A DNA stretch of 64,000 bases from Candidatus Caldarchaeum sp. Its GTDB lineage: Archaea > Thermoproteota > Nitrososphaeria_A > Caldarchaeales > Caldarchaeaceae. A model generated the notes under the pieces. The model saw only the letters and a program-made list of their open reading frames with translations. It was not told the DNA's origin and did no database searches. Within the stretch, counting starts at the first letter, position 1. Every line of letters begins with the position of its first letter. The position numbers and the translations under genes were made by a program. The stretch is taken from positions 93,259 to 157,258 of the forward strand of contig JAVQUC010000001.1 in NCBI GenBank assembly GCA_033580815.1, read 5' to 3'. Positions 43,897-52,831 of this stretch are shown one piece after another.

Positions 43897-44306
43897 GCAG
43901 TCACCAGTTCACCGGGCTTAACGATTCGACCTCCCACCGAGCGGATTTTCTCTTCGGCCCTCTTGGTCCATCGGCTCACCACAACTGTCAGCGGCTTGAA
44001 TATCCTACCGCTTGCCAACAGCTTGTCGTATCCTGCTTCGGCGAGGTTAACAACCGAGTCTCCGGTCTTCTCTGCCAACTGGGACACAGTTATTAGGTTG
44101 GCCTCCCGCACTTCGTTACGGGTTACGGGAACAAAGCCATTTTTTCCGAAGTAGTCGGTTTTCAGAAGCTTCGTCCACTTGTGTTTGTGACCGCCTGCCA
44201 TTCCTCTTCCGCCTTTTGCGCCCGTTTTTCTATGCTGACCGACCTGCCCCCATCCATGAGTTCTGGAGCCGCGTCTTTTCCGCACTTTCCTCAGCCTTGT
44301 CGGCAT
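43893..44306 (-). CDS. rpl15: ribosomal protein L15 (uL15)
   Basis: MPTRLRKVRKRRGSRTHGWGQVGQHRKTGAKGGRG. The track ORF starts at GTG 44315; ATG 44306 is preferred. Confidence 0.9.
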   Translation of the reverse strand: MPTRLRKVRKRRGSRTHGWGQVGQHRKTGAKGGRGMAGGHKHKWTKLLKTDYFGKNGFVPVTRNEVREANLITVSQLAEKTGDSVVNLAEAGYDKLLASGRIFKPLTVVVSRWTKRAEEKIRSVGGRIVKPGELVTA

Positions 44307-44368
44307 GCAATTCACCCGAAAACCAAACTATCTTGGAAGTGAACCGGTTCGTTAATAAGTGTTTTCTC

Positions 44369-44779
44369 TCAAACCATGCGGCGAATAAGCTCGTTGATCG
44401 CCTCCTCCCGGTCTCCGTATTCACCGCTCGACTTGTAGGCTCTCTTCAACGATCTCTTGAAGCCTTTTTTTGGTGGATGAAGCACTACGTGCACGGGGTT
44501 CGGAAGAGATTCCTCGCCCTTTTCAAGTCTTTCAGAGTATGACATCAAGTCGTCGGCTTTGAATCCCGCCTTCTTCAAAAGCGTGTAAATAGAAAATTTG
44601 TTGGGCTTTCCCCACGTCAGGTATCTTTGAGCTTTTTTGAGCATGCCTTCGAGCGAAGGAGAATAGGGAAACAGAGCGGCTGAATTTGCTTTTTTCAGCT
44701 CAAGAGATTCCAGCGTTTTCTCGATGTCCGGGTCTATTCCGACGTTTCCCTTTATCCGTACGACCAAAACTAATGTCAT
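44369..44779 (-). CDS. rpl30: ribosomal protein L30 (uL30)
   Basis: Homology starts at MTLVLVVRIKGNVGIDPDIEKTLESL (ATG 44779, right after the S5 stop). The track ORF extension to 45064 overlaps S5 out of frame. Confidence 0.85.
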   Translation of the reverse strand: MTLVLVVRIKGNVGIDPDIEKTLESLELKKANSAALFPYSPSLEGMLKKAQRYLTWGKPNKFSIYTLLKKAGFKADDLMSYSERLEKGEESLPNPVHVVLHPPKKGFKRSLKRAYKSSGEYGDREEAINELIRRMV

Positions 44780-44781
44780 TC

Positions 44782-45396
44782 CTAAAGCGTCCTCCACAAG
44801 TCGGGCATCACGATCTTCGTGGTTCGCTTCAAAGCTTCGTAAGTCGCACCTACGACCGAAAGAGATGTCCTGGTTTCGCCGAAGCTTTTTGTCCAGCAGT
44901 CTCTGATGCCTGCAAGGGCTAGGACGACTTTCTGAGATTCTCCAGCCACCAGCCCCAGGCCTCGAGGAGCTGGCAGTAGCTGTATCCTTACGCTGCCGTA
45001 TTTTCCTTCGGTTTTCACTAAAACGCTGTGAGGTTCTCCGCAAGCACATTCCCAGCTGCCGCATCCTCGCCGCACCGGAACAACGGACATCTTAGCGTTT
45101 CGAATCGCTTTTTCAATCGCCAGAACAACTTGAGAGGACTTCCCCGTGCCGATTCCTATGTATCCATCTCTGTTTCCCACCACGACCAAAGCTTTGAAAC
45201 GCGTCTTCTCACCCGCATCGGTTTGTCTCTGAACAATTTTAACGTCGATTACTTCCTGCTCGAGGTTTGGTAAGAGCCTGTCGACAATTTCAGGTTCGAG
45301 AATTCTACTATGATTTTGGAACACTTGGTCGATGGAGTTTATTTTTCCCTCAAGAACCATCCTGCCAAGGCTTGTACGAGGAACCCATTCACTCAT
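44782..45396 (-). CDS. rps5: ribosomal protein S5 (uS5)
   Basis: 204 aa with FKALVVVGNRDGYIGIGTGKS and LLPAPRGLGLVAG. Confidence 0.95.
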   Translation of the reverse strand: MSEWVPRTSLGRMVLEGKINSIDQVFQNHSRILEPEIVDRLLPNLEQEVIDVKIVQRQTDAGEKTRFKALVVVGNRDGYIGIGTGKSSQVVLAIEKAIRNAKMSVVPVRRGCGSWECACGEPHSVLVKTEGKYGSVRIQLLPAPRGLGLVAGESQKVVLALAGIRDCWTKSFGETRTSLSVVGATYEALKRTTKIVMPDLWRTL

Positions 45397-45398
45397 CT

Positions 45399-45968
45399 TC
45401 AGCCGCCCCCGAGGATTGTCTTTTTGATTCGTTCAACCTCTTCTTCCAGTTTAAGTAGATAACTTTTGTCGGCTGCGGCAAATTGGTAGCCTCGAGGTTC
45501 TTGGGCATTTTTTTCGACGAAGCCGGAGATGTGTCTTCCACTTATCCTGTCATCGCTAGGAAGGACCTCTTCGCTCACCGGGACTTCGAGGCCCGCGTCC
45601 AAAACACCTTTAACAACGGCATAGAGACGGGAACCCTTTACAGACCTGTAGACCCCCAAGTCCACTATCGCCTTGGACAAGCCCATTTCAAGCGCCTTTT
45701 TTCCGGCCAACAACCCTGTGAGGTAAGCGGCCGGTATGCATTTGTAGGAGCCTTTCCAGCCGTACTTAGAGAGAATGTCTGAGGCGACTGTCAGCACTGT
45801 CTCGTCTCCGCCCGCCTTGGACCTAATGAGTTGGACTATGATTCTTCTGTTTGTTCGGCGGATGACGACTCTCTCGATGCCAGACTTGACGAGCTTCAAC
45901 CTTTTTCTGTAGTCGGTGTAGCCTTGACGCCTACGACGAGGCTTCATTCGAAGAACCTGACCAGCCAT
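45399..45968 (-). CDS. rpl18: ribosomal protein L18 (uL18)
   Basis: 189 aa with RRRRQGYTDYRKRLKL and RVVIRRTNRRIIVQL. Confidence 0.9.
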   Translation of the reverse strand: MAGQVLRMKPRRRRQGYTDYRKRLKLVKSGIERVVIRRTNRRIIVQLIRSKAGGDETVLTVASDILSKYGWKGSYKCIPAAYLTGLLAGKKALEMGLSKAIVDLGVYRSVKGSRLYAVVKGVLDAGLEVPVSEEVLPSDDRISGRHISGFVEKNAQEPRGYQFAAADKSYLLKLEEEVERIKKTILGGG

Positions 45969-45969
45969 C

Positions 45970-46407
45970 TCACATCCCCTCTTTCAACAACCCCTTCGTT
46001 TTGATGAATTCTTTCAGCGATGCAACGGACTTGAAGTTGCCCGCTTTAACGTAGCTGTATAGCATGCGGTAATCTGATGGGGTGATGCTGCCTCGTTCGC
46101 GGAGTTTCTGAAGATATTTTCTCTGGGCTCTAACGCGGTTTATCCATGCGGTCTTGCGCGGCACTAACGAGTGTTTTCCTCCTTCGCGGCTACCTTCACC
46201 CCGTTTTCTCTCCGCTTCGAAACGAGCTCTGCTCACGCCCTTCGCCGGAACTTTGTAAATTGCCCCGTCGGCTATCAGTTTCCTTATCTCTGCCCTCGTT
46301 ATGGCTGATTCGATGTCCTCTAGCCTTTCAGGGTCAAACTTGACTCTGGTCTGGCCGCATTTGAGCAAATCGGCTGCCATTCTCCTCTGCATGGTTAACG
46401 TCATCAA
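45970..46407 (-). CDS. rpl19e: ribosomal protein L19e (eL19)
   Basis: 145 aa with LQRRMAADLLKCGQTRVKFDP. Confidence 0.9.
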   Translation of the reverse strand: MMTLTMQRRMAADLLKCGQTRVKFDPERLEDIESAITRAEIRKLIADGAIYKVPAKGVSRARFEAERKRGEGSREGGKHSLVPRKTAWINRVRAQRKYLQKLRERGSITPSDYRMLYSYVKAGNFKSVASLKEFIKTKGLLKEGM

Positions 46408-46784
46408 GTACCACCCGCTTTTGTCGGAGGGTTAAGAACTTTCAGCCCTTTGGCTTTGGCGGCCTCAAAAACCTCAAGTTTTTTCTTCAAGCCCAAACGT
46501 CCTGATATTCGAACCGCGTCCCTCCCGGGCAACAAGGCCTCGAGCTCGGTTACCGACGACACCAAAACGTCTCTGTAGCCGGACGGATGAATGCCTCGGT
46601 ATTCGGCTGGACTTCCGTAACCGATTTTTGCAAGAGGCGGCGAACCACTTCTCTGGAGCCTCATTCTACTATCCTTACCCCTCGGCCTTCTATAACCAGT
46701 CCTCAGTCGTACATATCGCCAGCTTTCCTGCCGCACAAAGTCCGGGTTTTTTCTTCTTTTCCTCAAAATTCCACGCGGCAGCAA
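46404..46784 (-). CDS. rpl32e: ribosomal protein L32e (eL32)
   Basis: 126 aa with FVRQESWRYVRL..GYRRPRGKDSRMR. Confidence 0.9.
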   Translation of the reverse strand: MLPRGILRKRRKNPDFVRQESWRYVRLRTGYRRPRGKDSRMRLQRSGSPPLAKIGYGSPAEYRGIHPSGYRDVLVSSVTELEALLPGRDAVRISGRLGLKKKLEVFEAAKAKGLKVLNPPTKAGGT

Positions 46785-46788
46785 TTAA

Positions 46789-47331
46789 TCAACCTCCGAT
46801 AGCCTTTTCCGCCACATATATGCCGTCGAGGAACTTCCGCGGGTCTTTCCGAGGAATAGTTGTGGCATTCTCTATGTTTGCGGCAGTCTGCCCCACGCTT
46901 TCGCGGTCAACGCCTGAAATGATGATTTCGTCCCCCTTCACCTGCACGCTTACATCACCTACGATCTTCGCTTTTCGAACATACCTTTCGCCTATGAAGT
47001 TTGTGATATGGACTTCTTTACCCACGACCTTGACAGTAATAGGGAAATGCGAAGAAACGACTTTCATCCGGTAGACGTATCCTTTCGAAACACCGGTTAG
47101 GGCGTTCTTCGCAATAGACACAAGAGTGCCCAAGAGCGCCTTTGATTTCCTAGACTTTCCCGGCACCCGGAAAACTATTCTCTCTCCTTCAACCCTTATC
47201 TCGGCCGGCACATGGCTAACGTCTTTGACGACACGGCCCTTTTTTCCTTCAAACACCAATTTCTTCCCCTCAATTCTCACGGAAGCGTCGGACGGAATTG
47301 AAACAGAGTCTTCAACATATTTAGTAAACAT
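46789..47331 (-). CDS. rpl6: ribosomal protein L6 (uL6)
   Basis: 180 aa. Two L6 repeats in cluster position. Confidence 0.9.
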   Translation of the reverse strand: MFTKYVEDSVSIPSDASVRIEGKKLVFEGKKGRVVKDVSHVPAEIRVEGERIVFRVPGKSRKSKALLGTLVSIAKNALTGVSKGYVYRMKVVSSHFPITVKVVGKEVHITNFIGERYVRKAKIVGDVSVQVKGDEIIISGVDRESVGQTAANIENATTIPRKDPRKFLDGIYVAEKAIGG

Positions 47332-47707
47332 ACCCCAACAACCTTCCTCCTATCTTTTGCTTCTTCGCCTCTTCATGGGACATAACTCCCTTCGGAGTGG
47401 TCACTACCAAAAGGCCGATGTTTCTGCCGGGAAGGTATCTTTGCTCAAAGAACTCGTACTGTGTCGATTTGACGCTTATGCGCGGCCTAATCGGTGCGGA
47501 CCTGTTTATTCTTCCTAGAAGCTGGATTTTGAAAAGACCGCCCCTTCCGTCCTCGATGAACTCGAAGGCACCGATGTAGCCGTTTCTCTGCAGGACTTTC
47601 AATATTTCGCCAACGAGTTTCGACGCTTTCACGAAGCAATCACGGTTTCTCACGATTTCGTTGTTCTGCAGAGTTGTGAAAAGCGATGAAACCAAATCGG
47701 TCAACAC
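47321..47707 (-). CDS. rps8: ribosomal protein S8 (uS8)
   Basis: 128 aa with L..LQNNEIVRNRDC and GVMSHEEAKKQKIGGRLLGYVY. Confidence 0.9.
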   Translation of the reverse strand: MLTDLVSSLFTTLQNNEIVRNRDCFVKASKLVGEILKVLQRNGYIGAFEFIEDGRGGLFKIQLLGRINRSAPIRPRISVKSTQYEFFEQRYLPGRNIGLLVVTTPKGVMSHEEAKKQKIGGRLLGYVY

Positions 47708-47715
47708 TCAATCAC

Positions 47716-47877
47716 CTAATCATAAACTTGAAACCCAATTTTGGGGCCAACCTCGTTGATGCATCTGCGGCAGATGTAGAGTCCGTATTTCCTGATGACG
47801 CCAACGCTGGTTCCGCACCGACGGCAGACATGGACACCTTTTCCAAATTTTCGCTGCTTTGGGGGCCTGTGCTTCAT
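47716..47877 (-). CDS. rps14: ribosomal protein S14 type Z (uS14)
   Basis: 53-aa ORF, below the track cutoff: MKHRPPKQRKFGKGVHVCRRCGTSVGVIRKYGLYICRRCINEVGPKIGFQVYD (CxxC..CxxC). ATGA overlap with the L5 stop. Confidence 0.9.
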   Translation of the reverse strand: MKHRPPKQRKFGKGVHVCRRCGTSVGVIRKYGLYICRRCINEVGPKIGFQVYD

Positions 47878-48401
47878 TCTTCTATCACCTCGACACCGAA
47901 ACTCCTCAAGAACTCTATGGTTTCTTCTGATGAAACTCGCTGTTTACTACCTATCTTTGAAGGCCTGTAGGCCCTTTTCGCAACCCTATACCCAGGTTTG
48001 CTTAGATGAACCGTGACGTCCATGCCAACGATGCCGAGCTCCGGGTTGTAGCGCGTTCCTGGAATGTCAAGATGTTCCTTTATGCCGAAGGAAACATTAC
48101 CGTTCGTGTCGATCGATGACCGCTTTATTTTGTTGTTTACGGCCGCCAAAGCTTTCCTGAGAAAGTCTTCAGCAGCCTGTTTTCTCAAGGTCACTCTTAT
48201 CGCTATGGGTTCGCCCCTGTGTATTCCAAAGCCCCTAATGGTTTTCTTGGCTTTTCTTATCTCCGGTTTCTGACCCGTTATGGATTCGATTATTTTCTGA
48301 GCTTTTTCTAGCTTGGCACCACCCTCGCCGATACTGCAGTTGACCACTACTTTTTCGATGCGTGGTTTAAACAACGGTTTCACGGTGGAAGCGTTATCCA
48401 A
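47874..48401 (-). CDS. rpl5: ribosomal protein L5 (uL5)
   Basis: 175 aa with KVVVNCSIGEGG and FGIKEHLD. Confidence 0.9.
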   Translation of the reverse strand: MDNASTVKPLFKPRIEKVVVNCSIGEGGAKLEKAQKIIESITGQKPEIRKAKKTIRGFGIHRGEPIAIRVTLRKQAAEDFLRKALAAVNNKIKRSSIDTNGNVSFGIKEHLDIPGTRYNPELGIVGMDVTVHLSKPGYRVAKRAYRPSKIGSKQRVSSEETIEFLRSFGVEVIEE

Positions 48402-49099
48402 GCTTCATCACCTCCAATGGGCATGATGTTTTTCAAGAGAGTGGTGACAAGTTGCTGCCCGGTTTGGATTGTGGCCGTCGGCTTGTCTGGGAAAACAACA
48501 TCTTTTCTGATTTTTGCAATTTTTCCGTGTAAACCTGCTCTGGCACCTGTGTGGATGTATGCGTAAACGTTTGTTTCCAAGGGGGCTTGCTCGAGGATTT
48601 CTTGGCTTGGGAGAGAGATTTTAACCGAATCCAAGATTTTAAAACCAAGCCCTTGTTCAAGCCTTTCATCTTTGAAAATTACTGTGCGGCCGTCGTGCAA
48701 ACCAATCATCAAGCCGCCGCCCCTCACGTGCTTCTTCCTTACGACTTGACAGATCTTGAATTTTGCTTCCTCCTCGGTGATTTTGAAAAGAGAAAGCCCT
48801 TTTCCAGGTCTTATCAAGACACGGTATGCGTCGCCGGTGGCGGGAATCGAGAGAACATCCATGAGCCCGAGTGGGAATCGTGGGTCTTTGATGGCTCGCC
48901 CGTCGACCATGAACTTGCCCGCTTTTATGAGTTTGCGCGCTGTTTTTCCGTCTTCAACTAATCTAAGAAGGTCTCTAACGGCTATCAGCAAGGGTATCGA
49001 CCGTCTCTTGGGATGAGGTCCAGGCCTTGGGCAAACCGTGAAAACGTTCTCCCTCTTGGGTATATGGCGCGGTGCGGCGAGGGATTTGAGGTGGGTCAT
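48380..49099 (-). CDS. rps4e: ribosomal protein S4e (eS4)
   Basis: 239 aa with HLKSLAAPRH and an S4/KOW architecture. Confidence 0.9.
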   Translation of the reverse strand: MTHLKSLAAPRHIPKRENVFTVCPRPGPHPKRRSIPLLIAVRDLLRLVEDGKTARKLIKAGKFMVDGRAIKDPRFPLGLMDVLSIPATGDAYRVLIRPGKGLSLFKITEEEAKFKICQVVRKKHVRGGGLMIGLHDGRTVIFKDERLEQGLGFKILDSVKISLPSQEILEQAPLETNVYAYIHTGARAGLHGKIAKIRKDVVFPDKPTATIQTGQQLVTTLLKNIMPIGGDEAWITLPP

Positions 49100-49461
49100 G
49101 CTGGCTTCGCCTCGAGCTTCTCCTTGCGGAGCTTATCGTCAAGGTTCAGCTGGGTGATCATTAGGTTCGGCGCTCGTATGGGTACATCAACGGTCGAACC
49201 ATCTGCTCTTTTCCTTGAAACGTTTTCCACGTAAACCATCATCCTTTTCACGTCGACACGTTTGACCTTTCCTTCCACACCCTTGAAACTTCCTTTCAAA
49301 ACTTTCACGGTGTCGCCGACCCGAACCCTCAGCGAACGCCTCTTGTATTTATTCCTCAACTCAGGCGAAAGATGCGCCGACAGAAACTTACCGTAGATGT
49401 GACGTGGAGCGTTGAACCGGCGAAACCTTTGTTTCCTTGGCTTGCTTGACATGAGCGTCAC
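49096..49461 (-). CDS. rpl24: ribosomal protein L24 (uL24)
   Basis: 121 aa with the KOW motif VRVGDTVKVLKGSFKGVEGKV. Confidence 0.9.
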   Translation of the reverse strand: MTLMSSKPRKQRFRRFNAPRHIYGKFLSAHLSPELRNKYKRRSLRVRVGDTVKVLKGSFKGVEGKVKRVDVKRMMVYVENVSRKRADGSTVDVPIRAPNLMITQLNLDDKLRKEKLEAKPA

Positions 49462-49462
49462 C

Positions 49463-49897
49463 TCATACTATTATGCTGGCCGCGTTAGCAATGCGAGGCC
49501 ATCTTTCAGCGGCCTCCTTGGCAACGGGACCCTTGATCTCAGTCCCTTTCAGGTCACCTTCAGGCGTAACCAGGACGGCGGCCGTTTCTTCGAAGGCGAT
49601 CCACGTGCCATCCCTCCTTCTGTAAGGTTTCTTCTGTCTTATCAACACCGCGTGCATCGGTTTTTTCCTCAAATCCGCCGAACCCTTCTTGACGGTGACG
49701 CTGAGCATGTCGCCCACCGCCGCGGCTGGAACTCGCCGAAGCCTCGCCGTAATTCCGTGCACTTGCACGATTTTCAACACTTGGGCGCCTGAGTTGTCGG
49801 CACAGTTCACCAGAGATCCTAGCACGACCGTCCTCGGAAGGTTAGGTCTCCTTTCGAGGATGCCTACTGCCGCCACAGCTCGCGAGCGTTTCGCCAT
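49463..49897 (-). CDS. rpl14: ribosomal protein L14 (uL14)
   Basis: 144 aa with LVNCADNSGAQVLKIV. Confidence 0.9.
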   Translation of the reverse strand: MAKRSRAVAAVGILERRPNLPRTVVLGSLVNCADNSGAQVLKIVQVHGITARLRRVPAAAVGDMLSVTVKKGSADLRKKPMHAVLIRQKKPYRRRDGTWIAFEETAAVLVTPEGDLKGTEIKGPVAKEAAERWPRIANAASIIV

Positions 49898-49901
49898 ACA
49901 G

Positions 49902-50237
49902 TCACCCCACCTTCTCCAAAACTACGAAACTGACCGTCTTACTCAAGGGCCTGCATTCACCAACCTTGACTCTGTCTCCTACTTCAACATCGATGCACGG
50001 GGGCAAATGAGCCGAAAGACGCGACCTCCTCCTCATGTATCTTTTGAACTTTTTGACATAAACCGTGGTTTCTCGTTCGATGACTATGTTTTTGTTCATT
50101 TTTTTCTTGAAGACAACACCCGTCAAGATAATTCCCCGGACTGAGAGCTTTCCATGGAAAGGGCAATCCCTATCTTTGCACTGAGCCGTTGGCTGTTTGA
50201 CTTTAATTCCGATGTTGCGAACTTCGCTCATGGTCAA
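49902..50237 (-). CDS. rps17: ribosomal protein S17 (uS17)
   Basis: 111 aa with CPFHGKLSVRG and VGDRVKVGECRPLSKT. Confidence 0.9.
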   Translation of the reverse strand: MTMSEVRNIGIKVKQPTAQCKDRDCPFHGKLSVRGIILTGVVFKKKMNKNIVIERETTVYVKKFKRYMRRRSRLSAHLPPCIDVEVGDRVKVGECRPLSKTVSFVVLEKVG

Positions 50238-50476
50238 ACACCCCGGAGCAGTCTATCAACAGGTCTTCCTACGAGGGTTGAACCCTCGATTTTAACTTCC
50301 CCATCGTCTAACAACCAGAAGACCGAACCACGTTTGGGAATTGTTTTTTCACCGGAGCTTGTAGAAACCGAAACAGTGTTTTTTGTTTCGGCCACGACGA
50401 CTCCCTCAAACAACTTCCCACCGAAGGATACTCTAACTCTCCTACCTAAGAGAAAAACGGAAGAACTCTTGTTCAT
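50234..50476 (-). CDS. rnp1: RNase P protein component 1 (Rpp29/Pop4)
   Basis: 80 aa with LLGRRVRVSFGGKLFEGVVVAETKNTVSV..IPKRGSVF..GRPVDR. Conserved slot between L29 and S17. Confidence 0.8.
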   Translation of the reverse strand: MNKSSSVFLLGRRVRVSFGGKLFEGVVVAETKNTVSVSTSSGEKTIPKRGSVFWLLDDGEVKIEGSTLVGRPVDRLLRGV

Positions 50477-50673
50477 TTCTTGCTCAACCTCTTTTCCGCC
50501 AAAACCGTGTAGGCGCGGGCGATGGATTTTCGGAGCTCCCTTTTCCTCATCGGGTTTTGGACGGCGCCGCCAGTTCCGATTTCACTGATCACTTTTCGGA
50601 GTTCGCTCTTCAATTCGTCTATTTTATCAAGGATTTCCTGCTCATTAAGCTCCCGAAGTTCTTTGGCCTTCAA
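50473..50673 (-). CDS. rpl29: ribosomal protein L29 (uL29)
   Basis: 66 aa with KAKELRELNEQEILDKIDELKSEL. Confidence 0.9.
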   Translation of the reverse strand: MKAKELRELNEQEILDKIDELKSELRKVISEIGTGGAVQNPMRKRELRKSIARAYTVLAEKRLSKK

Positions 50674-51271
50674 CTTCTTTCACCCTTACTTTGATTTCCT
50701 CAGGAAGAGGCGCATCGGGTGGATAGATGAGCACTCGGACACCGAACAAGCCTGTTTTAAGTAGAACCGAGGACTTCCCTTCGAGGACGTAGTTCATGGC
50801 AAGTTCGCCCGATTTAGGAATGAATCCTTCCGTGAATTTTTCTGTTCTAGCCCTTGCAGAGGTCAGTTTTCCGCTTATGTGAACTTCAACACCCTTCGCT
50901 CCCGCTTCCATTATCCTACGAACAGCCCAGAAGCCCACTCTTCTGTAACGAACTCCTCTGGCAAGGTCCTGGGCTATTCTTTCAGCCATAACGTATGGGT
51001 TGAGTTCGGGAACCTCGACTTCCACGACCGTGACCACTGGGTTTTCGACGCCAAATTTCTTTTCCAAGTCTTCCGTGATTTCCTTAATCACCTTTCCCTT
51101 TGGTCCAATTACGCGGCTCGGTCTCATCGCGTATATCGTCACTCTTGTTCCCAATGGTGTGAATCCAATGTTTACGCCGCCCAATAGAGCGTTTTTTAGC
51201 TTTTCATGGAGGTACTCCTCTATATCGGCCTTCTTAATCCGAGTCATGAGAATCTGTTTGACCAACGTCAT
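50645..51271 (-). CDS. rps3: ribosomal protein S3 (uS3)
   Basis: 208 aa. KH domain (VIGPKGKVIKEI) and S3 C-terminal domain. Confidence 0.9.
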   Translation of the reverse strand: MTLVKQILMTRIKKADIEEYLHEKLKNALLGGVNIGFTPLGTRVTIYAMRPSRVIGPKGKVIKEITEDLEKKFGVENPVVTVVEVEVPELNPYVMAERIAQDLARGVRYRRVGFWAVRRIMEAGAKGVEVHISGKLTSARARTEKFTEGFIPKSGELAMNYVLEGKSSVLLKTGLFGVRVLIYPPDAPLPEEIKVRVKEVEGQRTSGA

Positions 51272-51759
51272 TGCCTACTCACCGCCGCGACTTCGATGTG
51301 AACAAAACACTTGTTGTAAGGGCTAGAACGACCGAAGGCTCTTTCGATGTATTTTGCGGCAACCCTTCCCCTATGCGAGACCGCGTGCACTATCTTTGTT
51401 TTTTCAGGGTCAAGACCTTTAAACTCCGCGTTAGCTTCCAAGCTCTCCAAAAGTTTGAGCATGTGCTTCGAAACCTTGATTGGGTAACCACCAGGCCCCG
51501 CGGTTTCAGCGTGATGGGCCCGTTTCTTCTTGTAACGGCTGTATCGAATCATTCTCTTCCGTTTAATAACTTCTTCGAGGAGTTTCTTCGCTTCGGGTAT
51601 AGTCAGACCTTTTATAGATTCGCAGACCTCCCGAGCCCACTTGGGAGAGAGGTCTACCTCACGCAAACTCGCCCTTACCTCCGTCTCTTTTTCACCCACG
51701 ACGGTCGAATAACCCCATGACGGCATTTTGGGTCTAAATCGTTTTTGAGGTTGTATCAA
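51268..51759 (-). CDS. rpl22: ribosomal protein L22 (uL22)
   Basis: 163 aa. First gene of this cluster; no S19/L2/L23/L4/L3 genes lie upstream. Confidence 0.9.
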   Translation of the reverse strand: MIQPQKRFRPKMPSWGYSTVVGEKETEVRASLREVDLSPKWAREVCESIKGLTIPEAKKLLEEVIKRKRMIRYSRYKKKRAHHAETAGPGGYPIKVSKHMLKLLESLEANAEFKGLDPEKTKIVHAVSHRGRVAAKYIERAFGRSSPYNKCFVHIEVAAVSRQ

Positions 51760-51813
51760 GTTATAAAGGTATCTTACCGAAGGCTTAACAAATAGGATAT
51801 GGCATTATAGGTC

Positions 51814-52806
51814 GTGGAGATTAGAAGGGCCATCCAGCTCACGGGCGGGAGTTCTTACTCCGTGACGCTACCAAAAGAATGGGTGGAGCATGCAGGTCTG
51901 AAAAAGGGGTCAACAGTGATCATGAAGCCCACAGAAGACGGGGGAATCAACATTTATCCTGAGAAAGGCTATGAGAAGAAAATTTCTGAGGTCGAAATAC
52001 CGTTGACGGCGGACATAAGCAAGCTCATTGTTGGTGCATACTTGTACGGTTACGGCTTGATTAGAATTGTCTCAAAAACTCCGATATCCGACACACAGTT
52101 CACAGACATACGCAAAAGCATCCGTGGGTTGGCGGGTGCTGAGATAGTCCACGAAACAGCTGAGAAGATCGAAGTTCAGATCGTTCTCGACAAGGAAGTT
52201 GTCGCCCCGGAGAAATTGTTACGGCGGCAGTATGACTTAGTTCTTGCAATGGTGGAAAATGCTGTTGAAGCTTTCGTCACAAGAAACACCTCATTAGCGA
52301 GAATCGTGGTCCAGAGAGATGAAGAAGTTGATAGACTCTATTTTACTCTTGTGAGAGTTCTTCGTTCAGCCGTTATAGACCCCACGCTTGCCAAGAGATT
52401 GAATGTTTCGCCACTTTCGCTCTTGGACTTTCGGGTTGCGGCCAAATTCATGGAAGACGCAGGAGACCAGGCGGCTGAAATCGCAAAGGAAATTCTTCGG
52501 ACCACGAAGCTGGTCGGCGAAGAATTGGTGAACGAATTCAAAGCCATTGCGGGAATCGTCGTGTCGATGGGGACAGAGCCACTTGAAGCCTTCTTCAGCC
52601 ACGACCTTGGGAAGACAAACCGCGTGACTGAAAAACGCCGAGAGTTTCTTCGAAGGAGCGAACCCTTCCTACGGAAAATATCCGGGAAAGAAAATTCGGC
52701 GGTACTGTACAAGCTATACTTCCATCTAGCAAGAGTCTGCGAAAACTTGGCCGACATAGCCGAGCTCAGTCTACCCTTCAAAACCAGTTCAACGACGCAA
52801 ATTTAA
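51814..52806 (+). CDS. phoU: PhoU-family phosphate-regulon protein with N-terminal AbrB/SpoVT domain
   Basis: 330 aa. N-terminal AbrB-like motif (IQLTGGSSYSVTLPKEWVEHAGLKKGS), followed by two PhoU repeats. Confidence 0.7.
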   Translation: MEIRRAIQLTGGSSYSVTLPKEWVEHAGLKKGSTVIMKPTEDGGINIYPEKGYEKKISEVEIPLTADISKLIVGAYLYGYGLIRIVSKTPISDTQFTDIRKSIRGLAGAEIVHETAEKIEVQIVLDKEVVAPEKLLRRQYDLVLAMVENAVEAFVTRNTSLARIVVQRDEEVDRLYFTLVRVLRSAVIDPTLAKRLNVSPLSLLDFRVAAKFMEDAGDQAAEIAKEILRTTKLVGEELVNEFKAIAGIVVSMGTEPLEAFFSHDLGKTNRVTEKRREFLRRSEPFLRKISGKENSAVLYKLYFHLARVCENLADIAELSLPFKTSSTTQI

Positions 52807-52831
52807 AACGTGCATCTACCATGCATTTTGT

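Noticed and set aside
44780-45064. N-terminal extension of the L30 ORF
   Set aside because: It overlaps the S5 coding region out of frame. L30 homology begins at ATG 44779, directly after the S5 stop.
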